This document shows, piece after piece, positions 63,591 through 64,000 of a stretch of 64,000 nucleotides of DNA. How positions within the stretch are numbered: position 1 is the stretch's first letter; the number at the start of each line of letters is the position of its first letter. The notes beneath the pieces were generated by a model that saw only the letters and a list, made by a program, of their open reading frames with translations, did not search any database and was not told the DNA's origin. The position numbers and the translations under genes were made by a program. The stretch is taken from the NCBI GenBank assembly GCA_965261735.1, contig OZ253470.1, positions 2,752,001-2,816,000 on the forward strand. The letters are read 5' to 3'. Source of the stretch: Alphaproteobacteria bacterium (GTDB lineage Bacteria > Pseudomonadota > Alphaproteobacteria > SHVV01).

Positions 63591-63824
63591 CTACGCCAGC
63601 TTGGTCGCCGACTCCCGGTATTGCGCCGCCATTTTGCGCGCTGCCTGAGCGGTCTTGCGGAGCGTGGCAGCAGAGGGGTGTATTCCTGCCACTCCGGACT
63701 CTTCATAGCGCTGCGCCATTTCATTACTGTCGTCAGCTGCTTTGTCAGCGTCCTCGGCCAACTTCAGGTATCTGGCCTTCATTTCGTCCGTCGAAATTAT
63801 CCGACGAGAATCATCTACGGTCAT
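63591..63824 (-). CDS. Small hypothetical helical protein, antisense to the element's genes
   Basis: 77-aa Ala/Glu/Lys-rich ORF between TerL and HNH, with AT-rich upstream region. Confidence 0.5.
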   Translation of the reverse strand: MTVDDSRRIISTDEMKARYLKLAEDADKAADDSNEMAQRYEESGVAGIHPSAATLRKTAQAARKMAAQYRESATKLA

Positions 63825-63909
63825 ATGTCTTTGGCTCCGAAGCTTCCGAGACCGGGACGGCTCGCACTGTTTCTAGAATATGATATGTGAGCGGCTGGAA
63901 CAATTTCCA

Positions 63910-64000
63910 ATGAGCCGCCACCACGTCCAACTCAACGTTCGCCGATGGGCGGCCGTCCGCCGCGCCGTCTTCGAGCGCGACGGCTGGCGTTGTGTCGAAT
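63910..64000 (+). CDS. HNH endonuclease, phage packaging-associated (partial)
   Basis: MSRHHVQLNVRRWAAVRRAVFERDGWRCVE matches the W..R..V..RD...C start of phage HNH proteins. Confidence 0.8.
   Translation, partial: MSRHHVQLNVRRWAAVRRAVFERDGWRCVE

Larger units (their letters stand above)
58287..64000 (+). mobile_element. Integrated phage-like / satellite element (continues beyond the window)
   Basis: att fragment followed by co-oriented integrase, AlpA-like, DUF3102-like, HTH initiator, TerL and HNH genes. Confidence 0.88.

Overview
High-GC alphaproteobacterial chromosome segment in three parts. (1) About 1-41.5 kb is mostly intact housekeeping and metabolic genes: ubiK, lgt, midA-like methyltransferase, pgeF, prs, rplY, pth, ychF; an mtnP-apt / mtnA-aldolase/SDR salvage cluster; petABC, trmL, hemF, cca; a MoxR-DUF58-BatA operon; egtBD; msrB; and one intact IS1182. 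(2) About 41.5-58 kb is an eroded, IS-rich zone around tRNA-Gln. It holds two IS256, two IS1595, an IS1380 remnant, an IS3 fragment and an ISKra4, with broken SDR, WecA/MraY-like and FecR-domain genes. (3) From 58.3 kb to the window end is the left part of a compact phage-like or satellite element integrated at tRNA-Thr(CGT): integrase, AlpA-like, DUF3102-like, an HTH initiator with 21-bp-spaced iterons, terminase large subunit and HNH. The best candidates for undescribed biology are the MtnA-coupled aldolase-dehydrogenase fusion (a possible DHAP-shunt variant) and the satellite-like element. All calls come from motif recognition by eye; no database searches were run.
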